Shown: one piece after another, positions 52,432 to 64,000 of the stretch | Layout of the letters: each line of letters opens with the position of its first letter | How positions within the stretch are numbered: position 1 is the first letter of the stretch | Assembly (NCBI RefSeq): GCF_037042905.1 | Contig: NC_087258.1 | Location: forward strand, 558,001 to 622,000 | From: Lytechinus pictus | Taxonomy: Eukaryota | DNA: 64,000 bases | Direction: 5' to 3' | Position numbers and translations under genes: made by a program | Notes under the pieces: model-generated | Seen by the model: only the letters and a program-made list of their open reading frames with translations | Databases searched by the model: none | Told to the model about the DNA's origin: nothing

Positions 52432-55400
52432 CTAAATGAAGAAAGAATGCAGAGGAAAGTAGAGAGTGGGCAGGGAAGGGGAATAAAACGGTAGCAATTA
52501 CATCATTAATCATGTTTTTGAAAAATTATAACATCAACAATTTCACTAATGATATTAATAAAAAAAATATAAAATTAACAAAAAAGCACTATTCATACTA
52601 CTACTACTANNNNNNNNNNNNNNNNNNNNNNNNNNNNNNNNNNNNNNNNNNNNNNNNNNNNNNNNNNNNNNNNNNNNNNNNNNNNNNNNNNNNNNNNNNN
52701 NNNNNNNNNNNNNNNNNNNNNNNNNNNNNNNNNNNNNNNNNNNNNTACTACTAATACTACTACAAATTATAACAACAATAATAATAATAATATGAATGTC
52801 TTTTATTACTTTCCCCAATATTAATGATCAAAGGATTTCGTATGCTTAATTACTTGACATTAAATATTTTACAACGTTTGGTTTAGTGAGCCCAAACTGC
52901 AGTTTTTACCTTTTCCTTGTTATCTTTTGGTACAACTATCGTATCTTCTGGGTGTGTTATCTTTCTTCTGCTTGTTTTCCTGATTACACAGAAAAGTGAC
53001 ACTAGCAGAATAATAATGATAGCGCCACCAACCGCCGAAACAGCTATTAAAATCCATGTTGCTGAAAGAAATGACAATGGGCAACCAGAAATTCAAATAA
53101 GTAAAACAAAAGAGACTATACGAAGTGATATTAGACAATAAAATGTCGAATGATAGAAATAATCCGTGGACAAGGTTTTTTTTCCTTTTTTTTTTGTTAT
53201 CTTGTTTTACAGGTGTTAAACTGCCTAGTTCTTATCATTTCAATACCCCATGCTCTTTTACTAAATCTTGTAACGATGATTTTGTAGATACACGTATTTA
53301 CGTTTTGACTGAAAGTCATGCATATCTTGTGACTTTAGGCTTTAAGCTTTTTATGATTTTTTAAGGTAAAGAGATCTTTTAAACCTTACATGCTTTTAGC
53401 TAAAGGATTAATCAGCGTAAGAGTTGTTTTAGGATGAATGGATAGAATAAATTCTTTGCTGATTTCGGTATTTCTCTTTTTTTAATATAAGCGAGTATTA
53501 CCTATAGTTGGAGTGTTTCTATTCGCCTCTTCGCTAGTCGTTGGAGTTGTAGCCGTTATAATTTCTAAACAAATCAAAATATAATAAAAGGAAATATAAA
53601 AAATACATCGAAATCTGAAATTACTTTAAATAGGACATAATCTCATATTTCACCTTTGATAACACGTAATCTTTGGAATGAGTCCCTCAGGGAGGATTGA
53701 GTTTAAAGAACGGTTTGAATAAAATGTGATATTCTTGAAGTATAATGATTGATATGCATTATACTCCAGAAGGCCTGCTGAAATCGGTTTTTTTTCTTTC
53801 AGAGTTGAATTGGTCATATTAAAAAGCAAACTTATCGATTGAATAAAAAACAGTGGAAATATCAGAATAGTTTTTCAATTATTTCAAGAGGAACAAAAAG
53901 TACAGTAATGGTGTATTCGTTAAAAAGACTCAAATGTAACCATTTTCATGTGACAGACATACATTCAATACGAGTCATCTTAGTATGTATAAGTAATAAC
54001 AGTAATAAGATGAAGTGAAATGCATATTTTATTGTTTTAGGACATACCTATCGTACACAGCAAACCAGGTGTGATAGACGTTGAACTATACCCTTCGATA
54101 CATGTGCAGTTAAAGCCACCCTCGTCCAGATCAGAACATGTCGCAAACGGAGAACAATCATCTATTCCTAATGAGCATTCGTTCGTTGCTGAATGATAGA
54201 AAATCAATGGCAAAACATGATAATAGAAGTTAACAATTAATAATCAATTACGAATAAAGAAATTTCCATGGAAAATATTGGGGGCGTCTTGGTCTAGTGG
54301 TCAAGACTCTCGTCCTTTAATCTGATGGACTTGGGTTCGATTCCAAACCATGACGTGTTTTCCTTCAGCAAGAAATTTGCCCACATTGTGCTGCACTCAA
54401 GCCAGGTGAGATAAATGGGTACCGGCAGGAAGTAATTCCTAAAATAATCTGTGCGCACCGGAATTGATAGACTACATGTAGCTTAGCTGGGGTAATATAG
54501 GAACGCCTTGAGCACATATCAAGGTGGATACGTGCGCAATACAAGTCATATATAATTTATTATCATTGAAACTCGTTGTGAATAAATAATATATGATTCA
54601 AATGAGTTATACTTACGATGACATTAAAATCGGCATGGGAATGACAGTTTAAGACATGCCGATTTTAATGTCATCGTAAGTATAACTCATTTTATTATCA
54701 AGGTTTATAGAAACAATATCAATAATATCATAAGGGGATTTCTGGCTTAGAAATGTTTATTTATTTTGGATTGGATGTGCCAAGAAATTCGGTGAATTAT
54801 TTGTTTGAGGGTGCTATATCCTTGGCCAGGCTATTTCCGAGCAATAACTCATTAATTATCAAAATCGTTTTAATTATCATATCCATCGTGTTCATATACT
54901 TACGTTCAACAACGATGGAACTTGCGTCTAGCGTATATGAGGAGTTATTGTTGATTATGAATCTATTGGATTCCGTGACATTATTAATATGATTTGACAG
55001 ACTATCATTGGTGACGGGCGAGCTTTGTTCAAAGTAAACCACAGATATAGTGATAATGCTTCCAGACTGGAAAGAGAATACTTCTGATCCAAGAAAGCTC
55101 GTCATCCCCTCAAACACAGAATTTATCTGAATACAGACAAGATGATGAAGCATTTTACAAAAGCAATTCAAATGTTGAATACTAATGATAATGATGTTCA
55201 GATGTTTACGAGGGATCGATTGAATTCACAATTATTTTCGGCGAACATTCTCCTATAATGCTCACATTTCTTTTAAAAGGATCGTAAAATTCTATTGATT
55301 GCAAAATTACTGATATCCCACCTTACCGACTTGACAAGATCTGTTTGAAGAAGTTGATAGGCTGAACTCTCTTTATCGCGAAGGTCGTTGGTGTAAAGGG

Positions 55401-58400
55401 CTTGATCATTATCGATTAAAAATATTCTGAACGTAAAGGTGAATGATCTTGTACCTGCAGAAATGATAATGAATACAACTTGAACAAATGCTTTCAATCC
55501 GAATATTAATTATGAAGAAAGAAAAGTTAGATAAGAGAGCTTGATTGATAAGCTTTTAAACACTACCAATAATGATCTTTCACACCCAGTAAGAAAACGA
55601 ACAAGGGAAAGATGAGTGCTGACTAAAGACAAATGGCTTCCTTATCAATAACATTAATAACTTGAAATAATATTTTGTTTCATATTCTATACACCATGAG
55701 ATATCATTGCATTTGCTTCTTCTAAACTGCATATATCTTCCACTCCCGATATGTTAAATTTCAATCACCTGAACATTGATTGTTGACGTGCGTTCGGTAG
55801 GTACTAGGTCGGCATTCACATCGTCCTTCTACGCAGGTCTCCGTTTCTTGATTACAGCTCTCACAAGGCTCTGAAATGTGACGTTTAATTATTATGTCAA
55901 TAAGTTATTTTAATAGGCCAGCAAAACCATGTGGAGAATACTATAATCTTCATAATGGTAAACGTCAAAGGGAAATCCATGCACGAACACAATGCAGGAA
56001 TTGTGAAGGGTATTATGGGAACCTTTGCATTATTGTTTTGATGTCAGACGTATTGGAAGGACGTTATTGACTTGCAGTAAGGACACAATTTCATTCATAA
56101 TTTGATAAAAAACTTTATATCATATGCCTACTCTACAACAAGAATATACATTTAAACAATGTAATAAGAATATGTAAGATTCAAATTGGATTTGAATATG
56201 TTTGCATTCACATACCCTTGGTACGAGTGTGAGTGGTAGGATTCTGTTCCGTTGCTTCAGTTGTGGTTGTTGACGCATGAGCATCTTCGGTTTGGGTTGT
56301 GTGAACTGATATACTCGTAATCTCAAGCGACGCTCCTTCCGAGTAGGTGGTAGACTCGTCAGTCACCATTCCTTGATTTTTAGTTTCTGTAAAAGCATTT
56401 TCTGTCACATGTATATCAGAAGGTGTTTCCAATGATTCGGTATAAGCACTGGAAAGATCATCTGTTAAGAAACCACGAGTTTCCTGAAACGTCGTAGATT
56501 TCACGGCGCCACTGGTGATAGGCGTTGTGTATATCGCCTCTGCGTAGGTTAGTGTTGAAACAGGTGGGAAGTCAGTATTTGATGTCATAGGGGAAGACTC
56601 TGACGTGGTATGCCCTGTTGTAGTTTCCATTGTTGAAGCATATGTAGGGGAAGTTATAAGGGCTGAGTATCCTGTTGTAGTGTATTCACCTACCGTCTGC
56701 TCTGCCTCGGTGGTGCCAAAATATGAAAACGACTGGTCGGTGCTTGATGGTTTCGATGTTGTTGAGAAAGTCATATCTGACGTCACGTATTCTTCTGGAA
56801 TTACCTTTCTAGTCGTTGGATGCATATCGTCTGCAGTTGGTGTTATCATGAGTGTCGTAAGATAATTTCTTGGTTTAGATGTTGATGAATCTGTCGTACT
56901 TTCATCTTTTATGGTCAAGGCCTGTGAGGAAAAATCATCTTCTGTTTGCAATACCCCTTCAGTGCTCTTCCAGGTAGTTACGTCTTGTAGTTTAGTCGTT
57001 GATTTATCTGTGAGAGGATTAAGCGTGGAAACTGCCCCAGAGGATATTGCACCAGAACTGTATTCTGTTGAAGTTATTGTCTTTAAGGTTGTCGTTTCAT
57101 CTGTTATAATGTTTATTGGAGTTGCGGTACTCGAAAATGGAAAATCACTACCTGTTTTTTTATCACTGATTTGACTGGTCCCAAGTTTTTCAGGAGACCT
57201 GCTCGCAAATGTTTCAGTTTCAAAAACAGCCCCCTCTGTTGATGCTGTCCTTGACAAAATGGCTAATTCTGATGTTGAATATTCGTCTGAAGTAAAACTA
57301 TCTTGAACAGTTGTGGCAGTATTATCACTCATTTTTATAGTGGACGTCATATCTTCGGTTTCAACAGTTGCCTGGTTCTGTGTTACCGTCCTGGCTGAAT
57401 CGGTTTGAAAGACTTCATCCGTATGATAACCGATAGTAAACGGTAGGGATGAGTATTCTGTACTAAGCAGATTCGTCGCTGTCGTTTCGTCTGCACCAAA
57501 ATCTCTCCTAGTTGTGATTATCGATTCTTTATTTTCGGTAGTTTCATCGAAATCAGTAACCATGTAGGTAGAGGTTGAGATAACACCTATATCGTAATTT
57601 GTAAGTGTTGGAGAGGTTTTCCAAACTGGTGTCTGTTGGGTAGTAAGTTGATCGTCAATGATCGAATCAGAGGTAGTTTGTGGATCAGTTTCCCAAACGG
57701 TCCCCGCGACTGTGGATTGACTTGGTGTTGACTCGGATCCAGGCAATGTAGTTAAATCTCGTACAGTTTGTTCAATGCCATATGTCGTGATCCCTTCATC
57801 CGTGCTGGTTATAGTTACATCAACAAGTGTGTATATCCCCTGTGTAGCTCCAGTGCCTTCTGATGTAGAGAAAGATGGCACATGCTGTGCAATAGTACTC
57901 ATTAGGTATTGCCCATCAGAGGTTGTATCTGAAGTGATGAGGGTGGCAGTCACAGACTGTTCAGGCTCGCTGACATCGGAAGGTCTTGATGGCACGTCTA
58001 TATATTCTGATGTGATGGAAATTGTACTGCCTGATCTTGAATTTCCATTTGTAGGATTTACATCGGTTGGTTTCAGATCCATTGTTTTGCTGTTTACTGA
58101 ATACGTGGGTGTTGGAAATGTTCCAACACTGGTCAATACACTACCACTTGAAATCAATGCAGACGATGTCATTTCCGTTGCCTTTGTTGCATGAAATGTT
58201 GATGAAAAATCCTCGGTCTTGTCATATCCTTCCGTATTATATGACACAGCATCTTCTGAAGAAGTAGATGAGACAGCAGAAGTAGTGGCATCTGATGGAT
58301 GGGAAGTTGTAATTATAGCTGTGTCATGTGGTTGCGTAGGCAAATGAGAAGCTTCTTGTGAAGTCGGCCTCTGTTGCGGGGAAACGTCGAAATAAGTCGT

Positions 58401-61400
58401 AGAACTGAAGCCTGTGGGTGACAAAGATGGATCGATCGGCATTTCACTCCAATATGTTGTCTGTGTTATTTGTGTAGTATCGCCTATCATGTCTGTTGAG
58501 ATCATGTGTGTTACATCTGTAGTATCCGATTCTGTATCTGATGAGATATTCTCTGTTATTTCTATGGTATCGGTTGTTTGGTATATTGATGTTATCTGTG
58601 TAATGCCTGTGCTCTCTGCTATCCTGTCCATTAATGTCGTCTTTAGCACTTCTGTGGTATCAACCATTTGACTTCCTGATGTTACATGTTCCATGTTTGT
58701 GTGATCATTTATCTTGTTTGTTGTCATATTGTCTGTCACCCCTGGATTATAATTTGCTTCTTCAGGTGCTGTCATCGGTGTTATTTTTGTGGTATCAGAT
58801 ACCTTGTCTACCAATGTTGTCTGCGTCATTTCTGTGGGATCAGCTTTTTCTTCTGTTGGTCTGCTCTGTGCTGTTTGTGTAGTAACACCTTCCGTAATGG
58901 TTAACATCGCCTTTGTTATGTCTGTGGCAAGAGCTCTGTCATCTGTTGATGTCATCTGTATCACTCTTGTTGTATCATATATCGTGTCTTTTGATGTTGT
59001 CTGTGTCATTTCTGTGCAAGCAGCTATTTCATCGGTTGTGGTTGTCTGTTTCATTTCTGTAGTTTCACCTTCCGTAACGGATACTGTCGCCTCGGTCATT
59101 TCTGCGGTATAAGCTCTGTCATCTGTTGATGTCGTTTGTATTATTGTTTTCGTGGTATCAGAAATCCTGACTGTCAATGTTGTCTGTGTCATTTCTGTAG
59201 TATCAGGTATTTCGTCTGTTGATGTCGTTTGTGATTCAACCGTGGTATCATCTTTCGTAAAGGTTAGTATCGTATGTGCCATTTTCGTAGTATCAGTTTC
59301 GACATCCGTTGATGCCATCGGTGTCATTTCTGTTTTATCAGATATCGTGTTAATTATTGTTGACCGTGTCATTTCTGTGCTACCAGCTATTTCGTCGGCC
59401 GGTGTGGACTGTGCTATCTCTGTAGTATGTCCGTCCTGAACAGTTGATCTCGTCTGTTCGATTTCTGTGGTATGAGCTCTTTCTTCTGTTGATGGTGTCT
59501 CTATTTTCTTTGTAGTATCAGTTAATGTGTCTAATGATACCGTCTGTGACATATCTTTAGAATAGGCCATTTCATTTATTGTTGTCATTTGTATATTTTT
59601 TGTAGTATCAGATACCATATTTGTTGGCATCGTCTGTGTGGTTTCCATGGTATCATAAGTTGGTAAATCTGTTGTTCTCCGTGTCATTTCTGTGGTCACA
59701 TCTTCTATGTCTGTTGATTTCGTCTGTGTTCTTTCTGTACCATCAGCCAAATCATCTGTTTCCATCTGTGTTAACTGTGTTGCTCGAGTCGCTTTATCTG
59801 TTGATGATGTAAGTGTACCTTCTGTATCAATTGTAATATGTGATGTAACAAATGTATTTGTTGTAATATCCCTTGTATTATCTGTTAATGTTGTCAGTAC
59901 CATTTCGGTCGTATCAGTTATTGAATCTGTAGTCATCTGCTTAATCTGTGTGGTCTCAGCAGTTTTATCTGGTGATGTTGTTTGTTCCGTTGATGTGCGA
60001 TCAGTCATCTCATCTATTAATGTTGTCCCAATCATATATGTCGTGTCAGCAGCAGTATTTGTCGATATCGTCGTAAGCAAATTTTCAGTAGTCCCAGCTG
60101 TGGGTGTAGTTTGCTTTTCTGATAATACAACCAAATACAATCAAATAACGTTTTGATTTGTCTACCTTTTGAACTTAAGGACGTTCCACAGTTATGTTTG
60201 TGCGCATTATGATCTGCGCATAGTTTACACTCTGCGCGCTGACGTCACAATGGATGAACAGGTGATTAATTAGCTGCGGGTATGAGCTGATTTTTCTCAT
60301 CTTCTGCACTTTAACTGCAGATCCGATGTGTTATTTCATGAAGCTAAAAAGTGGAATTATTCCATGGACGATTAAAAAAAATTCTCTACAATTTCAAAAT
60401 ACTTTACTCTCCAGTGCTGCCAAGAATCACGAATATTACCCCGAGTTTGAATAAATGGTAGAGTGGTTTTGATTTTTTCTTCACATAGATACAAAGTATT
60501 CGGTGCATTTTTGGTGTTTTAAAAAGCACATTTGCTCTAATAAAAATGCTGATAGTTTAAAAACAAGCACATGAACCTCTATTTTTTAATGTTTGTACCT
60601 CTTAGGTATACCTTCCTTTACAATTCTGCAAATTTTGGTGAAAATGACATGGATTTTGAATAAAGTGCAGCATTTTTTGTACGTTTGTAGTTTGTTACTG
60701 AAATTTCACATTTTTTAGATTGGGATTTTGTTATCTTTTACGCCATTTTTAAGAACTGGCAGTGCTGTTAAACTTAAAATTGCAAACAAATAGCACTATA
60801 AATAGATTCTAAATTCTAACGATACAATTATTAACTCTCTTGCGAAATTTGGTGACTTTTTCATGTATTTTGACTGAGTAATAAAGGTTTAAACTCATTG
60901 TAGTAATCTTAGGCGGTCTAAAAATGCCAAATTCTTTTCAATGCGCAATTTTTAAGAACATCAATTTAGGTGAACTTTGAAGCTCTATAGCAAAAAATCA
61001 AGCACATGGACCTATGTTAATTTTTGCATATTTCGAATATTAAGGTTCCAAAGTATCTATGTGCAAAGTTTGGTGAAAATGACATGGATTTCACTTTAAC
61101 TGTGGAACGTCCTTAAATTAGTAAAGATATCATCTAATTATCAAAATGTACAGAAGTGAAAAGTCAAATAATACTTGGAACAAGATGACTGATCAATTGG
61201 ATGAGTTTATGTTCACGTGTTACCAGAAAGATGCAATTTACAGGGCATTTGAGACTAAGATTCACATAAGAAAGGTAATTTTTAATCTTCATTGATCATA
61301 TTTTAACATTAGCCGATGGAAATACCGTCATGATTGGGAATTAACCCAGGTAGCCCAGGGGCTTACCGTGTATTTGACCATAGTCACCGGACTAGGGTGA

Positions 61401-63055
61401 TTTATGGTCTAAATATTTCTCCGACTGAATTGTGAAAACAGAAATTATGCACTTACCACAAATCTATGGATGAAGGTCTAACGAGTGGCAGTATCCTGAC
61501 ATCGAGGCACGGACTGGAACTTCAAAAAACCGAAAAGTTCTGTCGCGATACCTCTCTTAATTCTTTCAAAATTCATTGCAAAATGGCCGATCGAGACTGG
61601 TGGAAGGAGAGCTACCGCGACAGAACTTTTCGTGTTTTTTTTGGAGGTTCCAGTCTGTGCCTCGATGTCAGGATACTGCCACTCGTTAGACCTTCATCCA
61701 TAGAATCGTGGTAAGTGCATAATTTCTGTTTTCACAATTCAGTCGGAGAAATATTTAGACCATAAATCACCCTAGTCCGGTGACTATACACGGTAAGCCC
61801 CTGGGCTCCCTGGGTTAGATTGGGAATTTGACTTAATAATTATCAATAATAATAAATGTGATTTCTAAGGTGCCAAATCCATTTATATCTAAATTCTCAA
61901 TGCGCCAAGGTGAAACGAGAGAGAGAGAAAAAAAAAATCGTATATTTTATAATTATGCAGAGTTAATCAAATGAGTTATTGGTTTTACAGTATACAGGAT
62001 ATTGGTCACCAGTTGCGCTTTACTATCTTTGGAAGAAATAATATCGCTATGAACTATCACCCTGATACAAATAAAAGTATATTTGTACATAATTAGTACA
62101 AGGAATTTCTCTTTGTCTTTATTGCCAATCTGGTTAAGTTCATATCAAGTTTATATCGATGTTCCCGAAGAACGCGATGGCATATGCTTACCTAAACAGA
62201 TAGGCTCCCCCTCCGGTAGCAAATCACCTTGATTGCATATGAGCTCAGTGGGTCCATCAATCACATAGCCTTCCTCTCTGCATGATAGAGTGAAGACGGT
62301 ACTGTCCGGGTACCAGGCATTTTCAAGAGGCTCGTTTGAAGAATCAAAGTCGATAGCCTCATGAAGATCAGGAACATCACATGGCTCTATTAAAACAAGA
62401 AGAAGTAACGTACAATTGTTTACAGATGCGTATACGCCCAGAGTATACTACGAATGTTTTACCGAAAACAAAATATCACCATCGTCTTAGCGTGTAAAAA
62501 AGTCCATATTTAAGATTAATGACTATATGGACATGATCTGTATCCATTTATCGCGCTACTTTCCGCGACATTGTCATTAACTCGAAGGGATGCTATTTAC
62601 AAAGAGTGTAATTGGTCTGTAGGCTTCTCATATATTTTTTTCAATATTGGTTGCCAAGGGTAATAACTTCAATGATGTATGACTATACGAGCGGAACCTA
62701 TTCTAACTCACGAGACTTTATTTTGATCACGTATTGAAAACAAAAACAAATTGTCGGGAGGTAACCGGCGTAAGAAGACACAAGACCCGATCCCAGTTCT
62801 ATGAATGTTTATTCACTCACCTGAAACCAGAAGTGATTCAGCATCAAGGGTGAACCGGAGAGATAGCCCATTGATATTCGGATTCTGACCTAAGATGCGG
62901 TCACTCTCGGCCCTGACACTGTCGAGAGTAGTAGAGGCTGACGTTTTTAGTACGAACACGACCGCGGAGACGTCTATTCCATGTGTATCCGGTTGTGAGA
63001 GTGACACTATCTTTGAAAGCAGGTAACCGTCCAACATTTCGAAAATACTCCCTAT
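52345..63055 (-). CDS. Gene A (5' end outside window): membrane mucin, ...SEA-CCP-Thr-rich stalk-SEA-EGF-TM-tail; at least 1708 aa in window
   Basis: Exons 63055-62821, 62386-62192, 60118-56216, 55454-55327, 55126-54904, 54188-54048, 53564-53502, 53061-52910, 52431-52345. All GT-AG, phases compatible, open frame ending EDTAL-stop. Confidence 0.85.
52610..52745. other. N run within a (TAC)n microsatellite
   Basis: Ns flanked by TAC repeats. Confidence 0.95.
52910..53061 (-). CDS. Gene A exon: transmembrane helix and basic stop-transfer
   Basis: WILIAVSAVGGAIIIILLVSLFCVI-RKTSRRK; phase 1-0. Confidence 0.88.
53502..53564 (-). CDS. Gene A exon: short Thr-rich juxtamembrane linker
   Basis: EIITATTPTTSEEANRNTPTI; 63 nt; phase 1-1; tttag acceptor, gtaata donor. 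Confidence 0.65.
54048..54188 (-). CDS. Gene A exon: calcium-binding-type EGF domain
   Basis: TNECSLGIDDCSPFATCSDLDEGGFNCTCIEGYSSTSITPGLLCT; 6 Cys; 141 nt; phase 1-1. Confidence 0.88.
54281..54568 (+). mobile_element. tRNA-derived SINE
   Basis: A-box TGGTCTAGTGG, B-box GGTTCGATTCC, body, AT-rich tail. Confidence 0.75.
54600..54692. repeat. Perfect 38-bp inverted repeat with 17-nt loop
   Basis: AAATGAGTTATACTTACGATGACATTAAAATCGGCATG and its exact reverse complement. Confidence 0.9.
54904..55126 (-). CDS. Gene A exon: SEA domain second half with FQSGSII motif
   Basis: 223 nt, phase 0-1, canonical splice sites. Confidence 0.85.
55327..55454 (-). CDS. Gene A exon: SEA domain first half
   Basis: GTRSFTFTFRIFLIDNDQALYTNDLRDKESSAYQLLQTDLVKS; 128 nt; SEA-like YxxxLxxxxSxxY pattern. 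Confidence 0.85.
56216..60118 (-). CDS. Gene A exon: 1301-codon Thr/Ser-rich acidic mucin stalk
   Basis: ORF 56208-60140; acceptor tatcag at 60119-60120, donor gtatgt at 56215; 3903 nt, phase 1-1. Confidence 0.92.
60179..61112. mobile_element. Non-autonomous TTAA-flanked element (Kolobok-like)
   Basis: TTAA-GGACGTTCCACAGTTA...TAACTGTGGAACGTCC-TTAA; perfect 16-bp TIR. Confidence 0.82.
61342..61817. mobile_element. Young foldback MITE with 10-bp TSD (Mutator-like)
   Basis: About 215-bp near-perfect inverted arms; GATTGGGAAT duplicated at 61332-61341 and 61818-61827. Confidence 0.88.
62192..62386 (-). CDS. Gene A exon: Sushi/CCP domain (conserved Trp replaced by Leu)
   Basis: EPCDVP...WYPDSTVFTLSCREEGYVIDGPTELICNQGDLLPEGEPICL; 4 Cys; 195 nt; phase 1-1. 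Confidence 0.8.
62821..63055 (-). CDS. Gene A exon: second half of an upstream SEA-like domain
   Basis: IGSIFEMLDGYLLSKIVSLS...FTLDAESLLVS parallels INSVFEGMTSFLGSEVFSF...YTLDASSIVVE of the downstream SEA exon; phase 0-1; tttag acceptor, gtgagt donor. Confidence 0.75.
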
Positions 63056-64000
63056 CTAAACATAAGATGAAAAGGAGAGTGGAAAAGTAAAAATTGTATA
63101 AGAGGCGAGTCTTTGATTAGACACTCTCGCACAATCTTTATTACATTGTGAAATGGAAGTTACTTTTCTTGAAAATTGCAACTTTTAAATGCATAGTCAA
63201 CGATGGCTAAAGTGTACGTTTTACATGTGGGAAAATATTACAAGGTACATGATGATATACTCACGAGATAAGGTTTTTACTCTGTAACGATAAATGGGGT
63301 GTATAACAGTATACCATGTTACAAAGATCCATGCGATTATTGGATATTTTGTATTCCAAGCAGTTTGATTGTACCTAGCAACCGCGTAGCCAGGATTTCA
63401 TTTTGGAGGGGGCGGTAAATGCACGCGAAGCGTGCCATCACTTACAGAGCGCGCAAAGCGCGCTCCCTAGGGGGTTGGTGCAGGGAGGGGGATTTCAAGC
63501 TTTCGGTGTTTCATAAATTAAAATTAAAAGGAGCCGTCTCTCTTGTCTATAGTACCTATATCAGCTCCAATTCAGTTGACTATATTGTGATTTTGAACCT
63601 TGTTTTCAAAAGTGATTGTGAACGCACAAAAAAGGAATACAATGGCGGAAATTAAAATAATAATAACCCCGCGCGAAGCGCGGAAGCTAAAGCGTTTTAT
63701 CAATTTTTTTGCAAAGAAAAGGGTCCCGAGAAAAGGGTATTCTCTAAGATATATTGAATACTTCCCTTGGAAAGATCAGATTTGATTACAAACAATTTAG
63801 CGACAGTGCATATCTTTAACTCCCAAAACAGAGGAGAAGAAGTGTATATGCCGAGAGGAAGATATTTTTTCTCCGCGCAGAGCAATGTAACTCTGAAATT
63901 TCAAAGGGCGGACGTTTCATCAAATGCAGATATCTCTAATACCCCATCGGCTCTAATTCAATTGATTTTCTAAGATTATTGAACTTCATTACAAGGAAAA

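Noticed and set aside
54281-54352. tRNA-like sequences (also at 42181)
   Set aside because: No complete cloverleaf; they continue into SINE bodies.
56605-60156. Val/Ser-rich plus-strand ORFs (also 19937-21379 and 37355-37576)
   Set aside because: Antisense shadows of the Thr-rich mucin exons.
6620-63055. Synteny with human 7q (METTL27 and MUC3/12/17)
   Set aside because: Those human loci are far apart and orthology is unproven for both.

Overview
AT-rich, intron-rich, repeat-laden animal genomic DNA. The repeat families look echinoderm/sea-urchin-like (inference). Manual splicing (GT-AG sites, phases checked) gives a head-to-tail tandem cluster of four paralogous minus-strand genes over about 13.7-63 kb. 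Genes A (5'-partial), C and D encode type-I membrane mucins with an unusual layout: signal peptide, Sushi/CCP domains, a long Thr/Ser-rich stalk, a SEA domain with an FxxGSII autoproteolysis motif, optional EGF domains, a TM helix and divergent Tyr-containing tails. Gene B, between A and C, encodes a secreted protein of only four CCP domains that looks like a duplicated copy of the two-CCP head of its neighbours. One exon near 6.7 kb resembles the N-terminus of METTL27-like methyltransferases. The rest is non-autonomous DNA transposons, SINEs, LINE tails, microsatellites and two N gaps. All domain calls are by eye from cysteine spacing and motifs; no database search was run.
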